64,000 bases of DNA from Emiliania huxleyi CCMP1516 (lineage: Eukaryota): NCBI RefSeq assembly GCF_000372725.1, contig NW_005201732.1:124001-188000 (forward strand), written 5' to 3'. The notes under the pieces were generated by a model. It saw only the letters and a list, made by a program, of their open reading frames with translations. It was not told the origin of the DNA and did not search any database. The position numbers and the translations under genes are program-made. Shown here one piece after another: positions 44,894 to 56,265 of this stretch (the stretch's first letter is position 1; each line of letters begins with the position of its first letter).

Positions 44894-47800
44894 TCACTTA
44901 CGCCGCCGCCGGTCCTTGACGAGTAGCGCGACGAGGACTAGCAGCCGCGCCACTATGGCGATGGCTAGCAGCCCGAGCAGCGGCTGCTCGCCGTCCCACG
45001 TGCCGCAGCCGACAATGTCGGGGGGCGGGTCCCCCGGCCCGCGCACGCTCCCCTCGCCGCAGTCGTTGTGCCTCCACCAGGCCGTGTAGCCGTACTGGCC
45101 GCCGAGTAGCGAGGCGACCTTCTCGGCCGAGCCGGGCGGCAGCGGGTTGCGGCACGGCGTCGACGCGTTCCACGCGAGGGGGTACGGGATGGGCAGCTGC
45201 GGGCTGGCCGCATACTCGTACGTGCAGCAGCCGCGGCCTCGCAGCGACGGCTCGCCGTAGTAGAAGGGAGACATCTCGTTGGCGTAGAGCGCCTGCTGCC
45301 AGCCGGGGGCGCGTGAAGAGCCGTGAAGGAGGGGGGCGACGCGGCGGGCACGGAGCGCCTCGACGCCCCAGCGCGAGAGAGACGCGAAGGAGACGGCCTT
45401 GATGGGCGGCGCGGTGATGAGCGGGAAGGAGCCAGAGAGGCAAGTGAGCAGCAGCGCCATCACGCCGCCCGCGAGCTGCCTGCAGGGCAGCCGGAGGGAC
45501 CGAGCCGTCAGTACGCGCGCCTCCCTCTGCCCGGGCGGGTGGCCGCGCTGCAGCCGGGCCCGCGCCGGCTGTCTGTGGCGAGGAGGGAGATGAGCTGGCC
45601 GATGCCCTCGCCGGCAAACTGCACGAGCACCAGGATGCCGTAGTACACCTGCGGCCGTGGCGGGTGCGGAGCGTGCGAGGCGGCGGAGAGAGGGCGGCGG
45701 CAGCGGGCGGCAGCAGGCAGCAGCGGGCGGAGGCGGGCGGAGGCGGGCGGAGGCGGGCGGAGGCGGGCGGAGGCGGGCGGAGGCGGGCGGAGGCGGGCGG
45801 AGGGCGGCGGAGGAGGGCGGCGGAGGGCGGCAGCAAGTGGCAGTGGTCCGACTCGCCTGCCACGTCGCCCACGGGCGGAAGAGCTGGTAGAAGGGGAGGA
45901 GGAAGAGGAAGGGGTACGCCAGCGTGAGCGGCAGCGTGGCGGCCGTCTTGCCGAGGAGGTAGGCCCAGACCGAGTAATGCCGCGACTCCCTCCAGTAGAT
46001 CGCGCGCTCTCCGCCGAGCAAGTTGAGCGAGACCTGGATGGAGACGATGGTGACGGCGAGGAGGGTGAGCGTGAGCGCCTGCACCAACTTGGAGGTCACG
46101 TCGCGAAACTGCGCCAAGTCGATCCTCGCCGCCGGCGTCCCTTCGCCGAAGCAAAAGACGGGCGCCGCGGTGAAGGCGCCTCCCGAGGCGAGGCGCGCGC
46201 GGCAGCCCTCCTGCAAAAGGAAGAGGAGAGCGCGGGGGTGAGGAGGGGAGGAGAAGGGGGGCGCGACGGGGCGAGGCGGAGGCGGGACGAGGGGGAGAGG
46301 CGAGGGGGAGAGGCGAGGGGGAGAGGCGAGGGGGAGAGGCGAGGGGGAGAGGCGAGGGGGAGAGGCGAGGGGGAGAGGCGAGGGGGAGAGGCGAGGGGGA
46401 GAGGCGAGGGGGAGAGGCGAGGGGGAGGGGCGAGGGGGAGAGGCGAGGGGGAGAGGCGAGGGGGAGAGGCGACAAGCGTGAAGCCGGAGCGGGCGGCTGG
46501 AGAGAGTGCCGCACCTCCCAAGCGTGGGGGCCGTTCGGGAAGGGGATGTCCTGCACGTGCGCGCAGACGGCCTTCTCGAGCGTGCCCTCGTACAGGAAGC
46601 CGAGCAGCGTGCCCGCCACGCCGACGATGGCTGCGTTGCGCAGCAGCGTCCCGCCGTCCCGCGCGTGCTGCACCTGCAGAGCAGCTCCGAACGGGCTCAG
46701 GGGCCGGGCGGTCCCGCCTGCCGTGCCGCGCACGCCGCACCGCCGACCGCCAAACAAACAGAACGAGCTGCCGGCACCCCGACGCAGTACGCCGGCCGTG
46801 GTGGTGCCGCAGCCGCCGGTCCAGCGTCGACATCTCGGCGGCGGCGCGCGTCGCCCGCCGGCGCGGGCTCTGCACGGCGCCAAGCTCGGCGGCTGCGGCG
46901 GCCGCCCCGGCGGCCGTGTCTGCGCGCGCCGCCCTCCACGCCTCGGCGAGGTCGAGGCTGCGCGCCGCGCCTAGTCGCCGCCCCTCGCGGCGGTGATGGG
47001 GCCGGGGGCCGCGGCCTCGGCTGAGGGGCGAAGGGGTGAGGGGCTGGCTCGCGCCGTGGGGCGTCTGCTGGTCCGACGGCGCCGCTGTCTGCTCCGACGG
47101 GCGGATGGCGCCCGAGATCGCGTCGAGCAGCAGGTCGGCCACGTTCTCGCGCGAGCTCTCGAAGGCTGCGCGGAAGCCGAGGCTGCAAAAGTGGTCTGCG
47201 GCGGCCTCGGTGGGTCCCATGTAGACGGTCCTCCCCGACGGGTCGAGCAGGAGCAGCTTGTGCCTGTCGGCACACACGCCCCGGACGTGTCATGGACGTG
47301 CCCTTCGCCTGGATGGCTCGGGCGGCGGCGGCTGGTTGCGTCAGCTCGAAGAGAGAGAGGCGCGGCTGGTGCAGCACGGCGCAGACGGCGATCCCGTGCG
47401 ACGCGAGGCCGACGAGGCACGAGCCTGGAGGGGGTGGCACGGGGGGGGTGGACACGGGGGGGGTGGACACACGGGGGGGGTGGACACACGGGGGGGGTGG
47501 ACACGGGGGGGTGGACACGGGGGGGGTGGACACGGGGGGGTGGACACGGGGGGGTGGACACGGGGTGGGGGGACACGGGGGGGTGGACACGGGGGCGACT
47601 CTGATGGCGTGCACGTGCGGCGTCGCGCGCTGCACTCTGAGCCTCTGGTGAGGACGAGGGGGTGGCAAGCGATCGCGCGCAGTCCTTGCTGGCTGGCGGG
47701 CGCAGGTCCGTAGTCCGCATCTAGGCTGCATCTAGGGGGGCATCTAGGGGGCACGGGCAGAGCTCGAGGGCGGCGGTCGAGTCGAGGCCGGAGGTAGGCT

Positions 47801-49925
47801 CGTCGAGGAAGAGGAGGGACGGGTCGGCCGCAAGCTCGACCTGTTCACAGCTCAGCGGGATAGAGGGTGTGAATAGGAAGAGGAGGGACGGGTCGGCCGC
47901 AAGCTCGACCTGTTCACAGCTCAGCGGGATAGAGGGTGTGAATAGGAAGAGGAGGGACGGGTCGGCAGCTCCACCCCGACGTTGACTCGCTTGCGCTGGC
48001 CGCCCGACAGGCCCCTCCTATAGGACACGTGTCGTGGGCGCGTCTTGTGACGCACGCCGGCCCGCCCTCCCCGCCCGGCAGCAGGCCCGACCGCGCAACG
48101 TCGCCGATGGCCGCGTCCTTGACGTGCGTCAGGCCTAGAGAGCGAGGAAGACTTCCTAGACACTTCCTAGACCTTTCCTTGACCTTTCCTTGACGTGCGT
48201 CAGGCCTAGAGAGCGACGGAAGCGGACACACTCCTCTCTCGATAGCACCGCCGCCCCCCTCGGCGTGCTGCCGGACCGAGCAAGTCGACCAGCCGGACCA
48301 CCCACTCGTTCAGCTGCGACGCGGGCGTCTCTGCAGGCAGCCGCAGCCGCGCGGACACCCAGAGCGACTCGGTGACGGTGAGCGTGGGCAGCAACACGTC
48401 CTCCTGCGGCGCGGGCCGACCAGCGGGTGAACAGACAGAGGAAAGGCGTGGATGGAGCAATGAGTGCGGCATGAAGGGCGAGGAGCTTGCGTGCTCTCGA
48501 GCAGTGCTCTCGAGCAAGTCTAGGTGATCTCGGGTGATCTCGGGCGATCTGGTCCTGCGGCACAAAGGCGATCAGCTTGTGCACCTCGCGCGGTCGCGCG
48601 GGGCGGCCTGACGGAGCAGAGCGACTCGTGACTGCGTGGGCGGCTGGCGGCAGCTCTTCCTCTCGCTCCACGCCGTTCAGCCGGATGGAGCCGGACGAGG
48701 GCGTCAGCTTGCCGGAGAGCAGATTGATGAGTGTCGACTTGCCGCACCCGGACGGGCCCATCAGCGCGGTGAGCTCGCCCGGCAGCACCTCGCCGCAAGC
48801 GTCGGTGAGGACCGCCTCGCCCGAAGGGAGGCGGTAGGAGAGGCCCTCGAACGAGAGGGCGAGCCGGAGCGACGGGTCGTGGACCAGGTCCATCGACCGC
48901 TTCAGCCCCGCCATCAGCCGCTCCGTCACCTGCGGACGCGCCGTGGACGTGTCCCGGACGGCTCCGACTGGCGGGGACGGCGGCAGCGTCTGGCCGCGGG
49001 GTGGCCCCGCGTGCTGAGGAGGTGTCGGGGGCCGGAGGTGTCTACGAGGTGTCTCTGAGATGTCGGCCCGCCTCTCCGCGCGTCTCAACGCCGTCCAGCT
49101 CGCGCCTGCGGCAAGCGGACACACGGGGAGTCACTACTCGCGGTTAGTGGTGCGCCAGCTACGAGGAGAGCGGATGCGGAGCGCAGTGGAGTGTGCCCGA
49201 GTACGTGTCGTCTCGAGTGCGCGCTCACGCTGACGAGCAATCTAGGGCCCGCTCCGCACGCGCGCGACGATTTGCGCGCGGCGCCGCAGCAGGTAGAGGC
49301 GGCTGGCGAGGCCACCGCCGCCACCGCCGAGGAGGCAGAGGCCGAGGTAGAGGAGGACGACCGAGTCGAGCAGCTTCATCTCCGTCTCCACCCCGTGGTC
49401 GGGCAGGTTGACGGCCTGTGTCGCGCAGCCGCGCTCGTAGTCGCTTCCCCAGCAGCTAAGTGCGCCGCCTGCGAAGAAGGCGCCGAGGACAAAGGCAGTC
49501 GCGGAGACGAGCGTGCCCAGCCACCAGCGGAGCGAGCTCGTGTCGTTCGCACGCCGCGACGACGGCATCAGCAGCGAGATTGGATCCGGGAGGCTCGCGC
49601 CCACCGCCTTGACTGCGCCGCTGACCGCCGCCGCCGTGGCGGCAGCCGCGGGAGCCACCGTGTCGGTGAGCCTCTCCAGGGCCCGCGAACCCTGCCTCCT
49701 GTGGCCCGGCGTCACTGTCGGCCGTGCCAGCTCCGTCGACGGCTCGGACAAAGGCTCACTGTGGCGGCCACTTCCGCCGGTCGGGCTCACCATGTGCGGC
49801 GGCATCGCGTCGCCACGGACAGCCACGAGTGGCTGCACGCCTGTGTCATCGCTGGAGTGGGCCGTCGAATCATGGCGCGCCGCGTCGTTAGTGACGAGCG
49901 GACTCGACGCGGTGTATTCGTCCAT
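44894..49925 (-). CDS. ABCG (White-family) half transporter with N-terminal TM extension, many introns
   Basis: Walker A GPSGCGKST, FVPQ/EDVLLPTLTVTESL, LSGGQRKRVNVG, LLFLDEPTSGLDS, VLHQPR and the TM domain ERAIYWRE...AYLLGK. Upstream TM-containing exon at 49250-49925. Confidence 0.85.
46290..46470. repeat. intronic purine-rich tandem repeat (ggggagaggcgag)n; a second array (gggggtggacac)n lies at 47430-47595
   Basis: Directly visible arrays. Confidence 0.9.
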
Positions 49926-50495
49926 GCCCACGAGGCTGCAAGCCTGCAAAATGGGCGGTCGCAAAAGCAGATGGCGGTCAGAGAGCTTCGAGCCGACCTT
50001 GCGGCCAGCGACAGAGAGGACACTTTGCCGGATGTTTCTTTTGAGCTTAGCCTTCGATGTAATGAAACAACGCAAGGCGGACATGGCATATCGCTCTCGG
50101 GCCCACAGACATCCCGCACACTCGCCGCACACCCATGTTTCTTTTACGTTTGAACGACATTGACCGCAAGGAGAGTGTCAGCCAAGGCTAACTTAGACTG
50201 CGACGAGAGATCGGGAGAGAGAGGCAGACGTTAGTCGTTACTCAGACGACGGTCGAGTGCAAACGTCGTGAGAGTCCAGCACTGCAGGCTACGAGGCTAG
50301 AACCACTCTCCGTTCCCTAAAATCCCTATGCGAGCAACAAAGGGCGGCGTGCCGTTCTAACAAAAAATCTACACGCACCCACAGTGTTTTGCTAGGAAAA
50401 GCTAGGCCTATCATCAGCACGCCTCTCCCGTGCCGCCCCTTCCCCCCCGCACGTCCCCGCGACGCTTTACTACTCGAGTACGTGCCCCCTGCGCA

Positions 50496-51752
50496 TCACA
50501 ACCCTCGCCGGCGAGCGACGCCGTCGTCAATCAGCCCGCGAGCATAGGTGTTTGCCTCGTCCGCCGCCTCTTCGGGCGCCTTGCCCGTGCTCGCGAGGCG
50601 GGCCGCCTTGCTCGCGCCTTGGGACGCGATCTCGAGCGCCCTCTCCCCGCACTCGCCGGCGTGGCGGGCCAGGGCCGTGGCGTACAGAAAGTCGGAGACG
50701 GCGCCGGCAGAGGGGTGCTTCTCAAACGCCACAGCCCTCTCCACCACCGGCTGCGGCTTGGGGGCCAGCGAGCGCGCCAGTGCCGCAGGTGCGCTCATTA
50801 TCTTCCCGAGGGACCTGCTCCAGTGCGGGATGCCGCCGGCGATGACGGCCGCGTCCGCGTCCGTGAACTCGACGTTGCTCGACATGTTGATGGTCTGCTT
50901 CATGTAGTGGTCCCTCGCGTACTGGTTCATGGCGATCAGCACCTTTGCCGGCGGGTCGCCCTTGTTGTGCGACTCGAGAAAGGCGTTCGTGCAGACGCCG
51001 CCGGCCTTGGTCTCGTAGGCTACCTCCGCGTCGAGCGCCGCCGAGATGCACAGGATTCGGCCGCACTTGGAGTAGCGCTCAATGATCGCCTCGGGGTGGG
51101 GCGCCCGACACCCCACCATTTCGCCGCTCTCGTCCAGCTCGAGGTCCCATGGGAGACCGAGGATGGTGCCAGAGTGGCAGCAGTCCATAAAGGCGAGGAG
51201 AGCGCCGTTTTCGTTGAAGCCCTGCAACGTCTCCTCCAGCTCAACCTCGCTCAGAAGCTCAGACGTCGTGAAGTAGTCGCAGGGCACAATCGACTCTAGC
51301 ATGACAAAGCCGTGGCCGCCGGGGTCAGGGGCGTCCTCCGGGAGCAGGCTATACGGCCGCTTCGGATTGATCACCCCATGGCCCGAATAGACGAACCACG
51401 CCTGGCGCACCGGCCCATCCTCTTTCGCGCCGTCAAGCCATTTCACGAGCTTCTTGAGCTCGGCGACGATGTTCTTCTTGGTCGAGTAGTCCTTCTCCTT
51501 GCTGAGCTTCTTGTGGTCAGTCAGGAAGCGCACCTTTACGCCCTCCTTTTTGAGCATATCCTTCATCCGCATTTGGTCACCGACGCAGCCCGGAAGTGCA
51601 TGCTTACCGGTGGACGCCCACTTTGGCAGCCCCTTGACCTCCGTGTTGCTCGGGTACGAGCAGCACACACACAGCGCCTTGGTGACTACCTTTCGGTCTC
51701 CCGCCGTAGCAGCCTTGCTCTCCCACATCCATCCCGTGAAGGAATTGGGCAT
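50496..51752 (-). CDS. metacaspase (peptidase C14), intronless
   Basis: KALCVCCSY, LPGCVGD, FVYSGHG (His), ESIVPCDY, FMDCCHSGTILGLPW (Cys) and GGVCTNAF. Confidence 0.9.
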   Translation of the reverse strand: MPNSFTGWMWESKAATAGDRKVVTKALCVCCSYPSNTEVKGLPKWASTGKHALPGCVGDQMRMKDMLKKEGVKVRFLTDHKKLSKEKDYSTKKNIVAELKKLVKWLDGAKEDGPVRQAWFVYSGHGVINPKRPYSLLPEDAPDPGGHGFVMLESIVPCDYFTTSELLSEVELEETLQGFNENGALLAFMDCCHSGTILGLPWDLELDESGEMVGCRAPHPEAIIERYSKCGRILCISAALDAEVAYETKAGGVCTNAFLESHNKGDPPAKVLIAMNQYARDHYMKQTINMSSNVEFTDADAAVIAGGIPHWSRSLGKIMSAPAALARSLAPKPQPVVERAVAFEKHPSAGAVSDFLYATALARHAGECGERALEIASQGASKAARLASTGKAPEEAADEANTYARGLIDDGVARRRGL

Positions 51753-51896
51753 GGATGCTAGCGCGTCCTTTACCGCTGCCCTCCTGCTTGGCGGGCCCCG
51801 CGCACTCGCCCTCCGGTGCCGTTGGTGCCGATCGCTCAGGATGCAAGCCCTCTCTGCTTAGCGGGACGGACGGACGAGTTTCGCTCCCGTTGTGTA

Positions 51897-52750
51897 ATGC
51901 TCAGCTTCGCGCTGCCAGCCGCACACATAGTTTCCATCGCGCCGATATTAAACGCAAGCGAGGCTAAGTTCGTCGTCCGCGAGGCGGCGAGCTATCGGCA
52001 GTGCTGTCTCCGTAAAGCTGAGCAGCCGAGAAAAGCATCGGCGCGCGCGCGGCGGATCCTGCAGAAGCTCAATGTTACACATCTCCAAAAGGACGACCAG
52101 GCACCAGGATCGGACCCGCAGAAGTACGACCTCTACTTTCCACGCCACCTCTCCATCATTCCGCGGCCGCTGTTGCGCCGCATCCACCAGCACGTGCAGC
52201 GGAGGTATGTCAGGCGACTCGCCTTCAACAATGGGTGGATCCGCAGGCGCGACCACCGGCGCGCCGATGAGCGCGTGGCAGAAGCAATGTGAGTCTTAAA
52301 GGTCACACACACACCACGCTCAGGTACCGCCACAACTCGTCCCAGCCCCAGCTGGGTGCGCACCGGGACCACAAGTCTGACGACGAGCTCTCGGTCGTGG
52401 TGCAGCTCACAGCGGGCGCCTTCTTCTTTGTGTATGCAGAGTCGCAGTCGACCGGCGTCCGACCGCCGCCCACGCCACCGAGCGGCTGGCTCCCTCTCAA
52501 GCACATGGCGGCGGGCGAGGCCGTCGTCTACCACGGAGGAGGCATGTACCACGGCTGCCGGCGGCTGCAGCCGGGCGAGGAGCGGTGGGTCATCACCCTC
52601 TTCTACGGCCTGGACCGGCGGAGCACGAGGAGGAGGTACGGGTACCACAGCCGGTTCCCTCTCGGAGGCTCCGCGATGGCGGACAGCCACGCGCCTCTCT
52701 TTCACCACATCGCGAGCAAGCCTGGCTGCGACGTGCTGCGGAGGTCCTAA
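51897..52750 (+). CDS. 2OG-Fe(II) oxygenase (prolyl-hydroxylase-like)
   Basis: LRY..LGAHRD, LSVVVQL and GEAVVYHGGGMYHGCRRLQPGEERWVITLF. A GTATGT..AG intron at 52205-52281 joins the two ORFs in frame. Confidence 0.6.
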
Positions 52751-53219
52751 CAGTCGTGGCTTCTGGCTATTTATCTGCAGTTGTCCACTTTTTGCAAGAG
52801 TCTCGTGTTCTCTCTACTCGAGGGATGTGGAACTACAGGGTCCCCACCGCACAGCAATTTGTCGTAAAAATTCTTTCAAAAATCCGTCTTGACTCTTGTG
52901 TGCTGGCGACCTGTGGCGAGGTACTCCCCGACGCGTGTATCTCGGTTTTTTATATCTGGCCGAGTCAACCCGAGATGCTGGGGCGAGCCTCGGCGAGACT
53001 GTGTCAGCTGTTCCCACAGCAGGCTGGAAGTAAAGAAAGAAAAAGAAAAAAGCAGGAGCTTTAGGTCCCCTGACGGCAGCGGCGTCTCAGAACGAGGCCG
53101 AGGAGAGCGATGAGTCAGAGGATGAAACAGCAGGAGAGAGAACGAGGACGAGAGTGGGAAGAACGCGAGGTGGCATGAAGGTCGCTGCGAACTCAGGTGT
53201 ATTCTTTTTTTGCTTTGCC

Positions 53220-53578
53220 GGACATCATGATGAAATTCTGCAAAAACCTGGCCGGCCCCTGCCCTGCCCCTACCTACACCTACCTACCTACCTACCCTAC
53301 TTATGGGAAACTAAAAAGAAATCACGCGATGCGTGAAGGTGGGGTACCATACCAACTTAAAGTGATGGTTGGTGGTGCTCTCCTGCAACCACAGTCCTTC
53401 CTGTGACATGGCAGGCCACTCTCAAGCCCTACAAGCACCAGATCACCCATTTGGGGAGGGTTGACATCGTGATTTGCACGGAAAATTTCTTTTTCTGCTG
53501 TGAAAATTCCAGCGTGAAGAGAGGGAAAAACCCGACGGGAGGGCCCAGACCTACCCTACCTACCCCGTCATGATGTCC
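53220..53578. mobile_element. candidate MITE with 11-bp terminal inverted repeats
   Basis: ggacatcatga at 53220-53230 and tcatgatgtcc at 53568-53578. The interior is non-coding with (ctac)n tracts. No clear TSD. Confidence 0.4.
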
Positions 53579-53703
53579 CAGCCACTAGTGTGTGTGTGTG
53601 TCTAGCGCTTGGCCAGCTGGCTCTCCCACCCTATCCGGAACACTTGGCCTCTCACGAGCCGGTCGTACTCCTATCGCAGCCACACGCGCCCCTCGCCCCC
53701 CTC

Positions 53704-54110
53704 TCACCCCCGCGACCACACCTCGATCTTCTTGGGCAGCAGCTGGTTCGACAAATCCTCTCCGTGGCCTAAGCGGCCGAGTCCGCCAGCGCCCCAGGTA
53801 AAGACAGCGCCGTCGGCGGCGAGGGCGAGGCTGTGGTCTTCCCCCGCCGACACAGCGACGACGCGCTGCCCAGCGAAGGCCTCGATCTTCTTGGGCAGCA
53901 GCTGGTGCTGCTGGTCGCCGTGGCCCAACTGGCCAGCGTATCCAAAGCCCCAGCTCCAGACGGCGCCGTCGGCGGTGAGGGCGAGGCTGTGGAATGCTCC
54001 AGCCGACACTGCCACGACGCGCTGGCCAGCGAAGGCCTCGATCTTCTTGGGCAGCTGGCTCTGCTCATCGCCGTGGCCCAACCGGCCATCGTCTCCATAG
54101 CCACAGCTGT
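53704..54110 (-). pseudogene. 5'-truncated RCC1-repeat gene fragment, paralogous to 58027-59493
   Basis: GHGD..LPKKIEAFAGQRVVAVSAG..HSLAL repeats. About 85 bp (53881-53964, reverse complement) is identical to 59077-59160. Confidence 0.8.
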
Positions 54111-54466
54111 TCTTTCTTTCTTTTTGAGCCGGTGTGTGTGCCAGTCCGCGCCAGTCCGCGCCCTTGTCGTGCCAGTGTGCTGTGAGAGAGGCTTGTATTT
54201 AAGAATTCTTTCTTTTTGCCCGCGCACTCCCTAGGGCGGCAGGCGGCGGCGGCGTTGCAGCACGAGGCCGAGGAGAGCTTTGTTTGAGTCAGAGGACGAA
54301 GCGGCAGGAGAGAGAACGATGAGAGTGAGAAGACCGTGATCCGTGAAGTGACTTAAAGGAGAAGTTTCCTGCGAGAATTGGCGAACATAATGTTGTGGTG
54401 GCGGCGTGCAGTCCTCCATCCCTGCTTTCGGCTGACCATCCAGATGGCAGAATTCTTTCTGGCACG

Positions 54467-55267
54467 ATGCTCGCTGCCGCTCTCGCTGGCGAGTAGAGGC
54501 ACACGCACGCTCTCCCGAGGTCTCTTGGAGCAGAGCCCCGGCGAGCCCTCGAAAGAGCTACCCAATGGGTCCCTCGAGAGGGTACCCTGGGTAGGCGGGG
54601 CCTCTACTCGCCAGCCGCTCTCGTGTCCCAGCATCGGCTCCGGCCGTCTCCGCCGCGTGCTCCGCCCGCCCGCTTAAACTGGCTTGCTGACCTCTTCTCG
54701 CCAGACGCTGCCGACTCGGCCGCCGCCGAACTTGTCTTGAGCGAATTATGCGAGCCAGAGTGGGCGATCCGGTGCGAGCTCGGTGCTGCCGTCGCATCCA
54801 GCCTCGGCGGATCGGGCTCGCTTGCGCGAGGCAGGACAGATGCGTCGACCGACGTGCGACTCGACTGCGGAGTGCGCTTCGAGATCGATGCCGGCTTTGA
54901 CCCACCTCAGGGCACCGTTCGACTGGCGAGGCCAAGCAGGTTGCTCGCGGCAGAGGGTTTCTGGAAGGTTTCGGAGACGGATGACCGGGACGTGCCAAAG
55001 GCCATCTCTTGGCGCCTTCAGTCCACTGGCATTCGGGCGGGGGAGGAGGAACTCGTTCCCCCCGGTCCGCTCTACTTCAACGCGCTCCTGGAGGGCGACG
55101 GCTCTACTTTGCCACTGCAGCTAACGGCGGGACGGCTCACCGTGAAGGAGGATATCGGAGCGGATGTCGGCATCTTCCGCGCGCGGGGCATCCTGGCCGA
55201 GTTCAAAATTGTGGGAGCCTTTGAGGCCCAGCGGGCCATCGACCCTGCTCAGCCGCCCGCTTCGTGA
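54467..55267 (+). CDS. hypothetical, probably plastid-targeted protein
   Basis: Short first exon MLAAALAG, a transit-like RPSPPRAPPARL segment, then a globular region (FDPPQG, GFWKV, PPGPLYFNA, GRLTVKEDI, GILAEFKIVGAF). The 5' exon is inferred. Confidence 0.55.
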
Positions 55268-55557
55268 TCCAGCTGTGTCGCCAGTACCTCCGGAGAGTTT
55301 CATGTCCTATCTGTCCGGTGCATGCCTATCTTGGTTTTTTGTGGGGTCATCACACAAATCCACATAATCCACAGTAGACACACACAGTCACAGAACCGGC
55401 AAGCGACTCGAAGTGAGAAAAAACCTTGTAAGAGAGCGTCTCTGGCGTCTCGGAATCGAGCGAAGACAGAGACGGAGAGCACCAGTACTTAAAGAGAGAC
55501 AGAGAGCGAGAATTGAGCATGGAAACGAGCAAACAGAGGAGCAGAGAGCACGCATCT

Positions 55558-56265
55558 CTAACAGGCCCGCTCCTTCCTCAACCGCGACATACAGTGGAGG
55601 GCGCGGGCTTCATCGTACGTCACCAGCGTTGGAACCTTTGGTACCATCAGGCGTAGGGACGTGACGACGACAAGCCGCATCGGCAGGGAGGCAGGAAGTA
55701 GCACGACCAGCAGCCGAATCTGGGCGGAGAGCTGAGGCCGAAGCTCAAGCCCTCGGCGGACGCACTCTGCAAAGTGTGTCGGGCCCGGCAGTGGGCAGGC
55801 CCGCAGATCCCAGAGCGCGACGCTCTGCTGGGAGAGAGCGAGACTTGCTTCGAGATAGTCGAATAGGAGATTGACGGCGTCAGAAGTAACCCTCTTGCCG
55901 TCCATCTTGGCGTGCAGGCGTGGGTGGCGGAGGGTGGGGTGCGAGTCGAGGCGCAGTGTGAGATTTCCAGTCGTGCGCTCTGGCAGCTCGGGCTTGAAGG
56001 CGAGCTCGTCAGTTGGATGCGATACCAGCGCTACAGCAGCAGCCTGCTGTTCCTTGTCGTACTCGCTTGAGGCCAGATTGCGGGCGTGCTTGTCTGGGCT
56101 GGTCGGGCGGAACACGTCGCACAAGCAGGAGAATGGCCCACGCTCCTGGGTCGACCGCCGCCGGCAGCGACGCACGCTCATTGAAAGCAGGCAGGCAGCG
56201 AGGCAGAGAAGGGCGGGCAGCACGCCGGTGATGAGGCAACCAGTTCCTTCTCCCCCTTTCAGCAT
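55558..56265 (-). CDS. hypothetical protein with N-terminal TM anchor and possible STAS/SEC14-like C-terminal domain
   Basis: LITGVLPALLCLAACLLSM plus RRCRRR, then VALWDLR...IRLLVVLL...VPTLVTYDEARAL. The fold assignment is tentative. Confidence 0.45.
   Translation of the reverse strand: MLKGGEGTGCLITGVLPALLCLAACLLSMSVRRCRRRSTQERGPFSCLCDVFRPTSPDKHARNLASSEYDKEQQAAAVALVSHPTDELAFKPELPERTTGNLTLRLDSHPTLRHPRLHAKMDGKRVTSDAVNLLFDYLEASLALSQQSVALWDLRACPLPGPTHFAECVRRGLELRPQLSAQIRLLVVLLPASLPMRLVVVTSLRLMVPKVPTLVTYDEARALHCMSRLRKERAC

Noticed and set aside
51816..52750. Apparent frameshift or pseudogene at ~52290
   Set aside because: A canonical GTATGT...AG intron (52205-52281) restores the frame.
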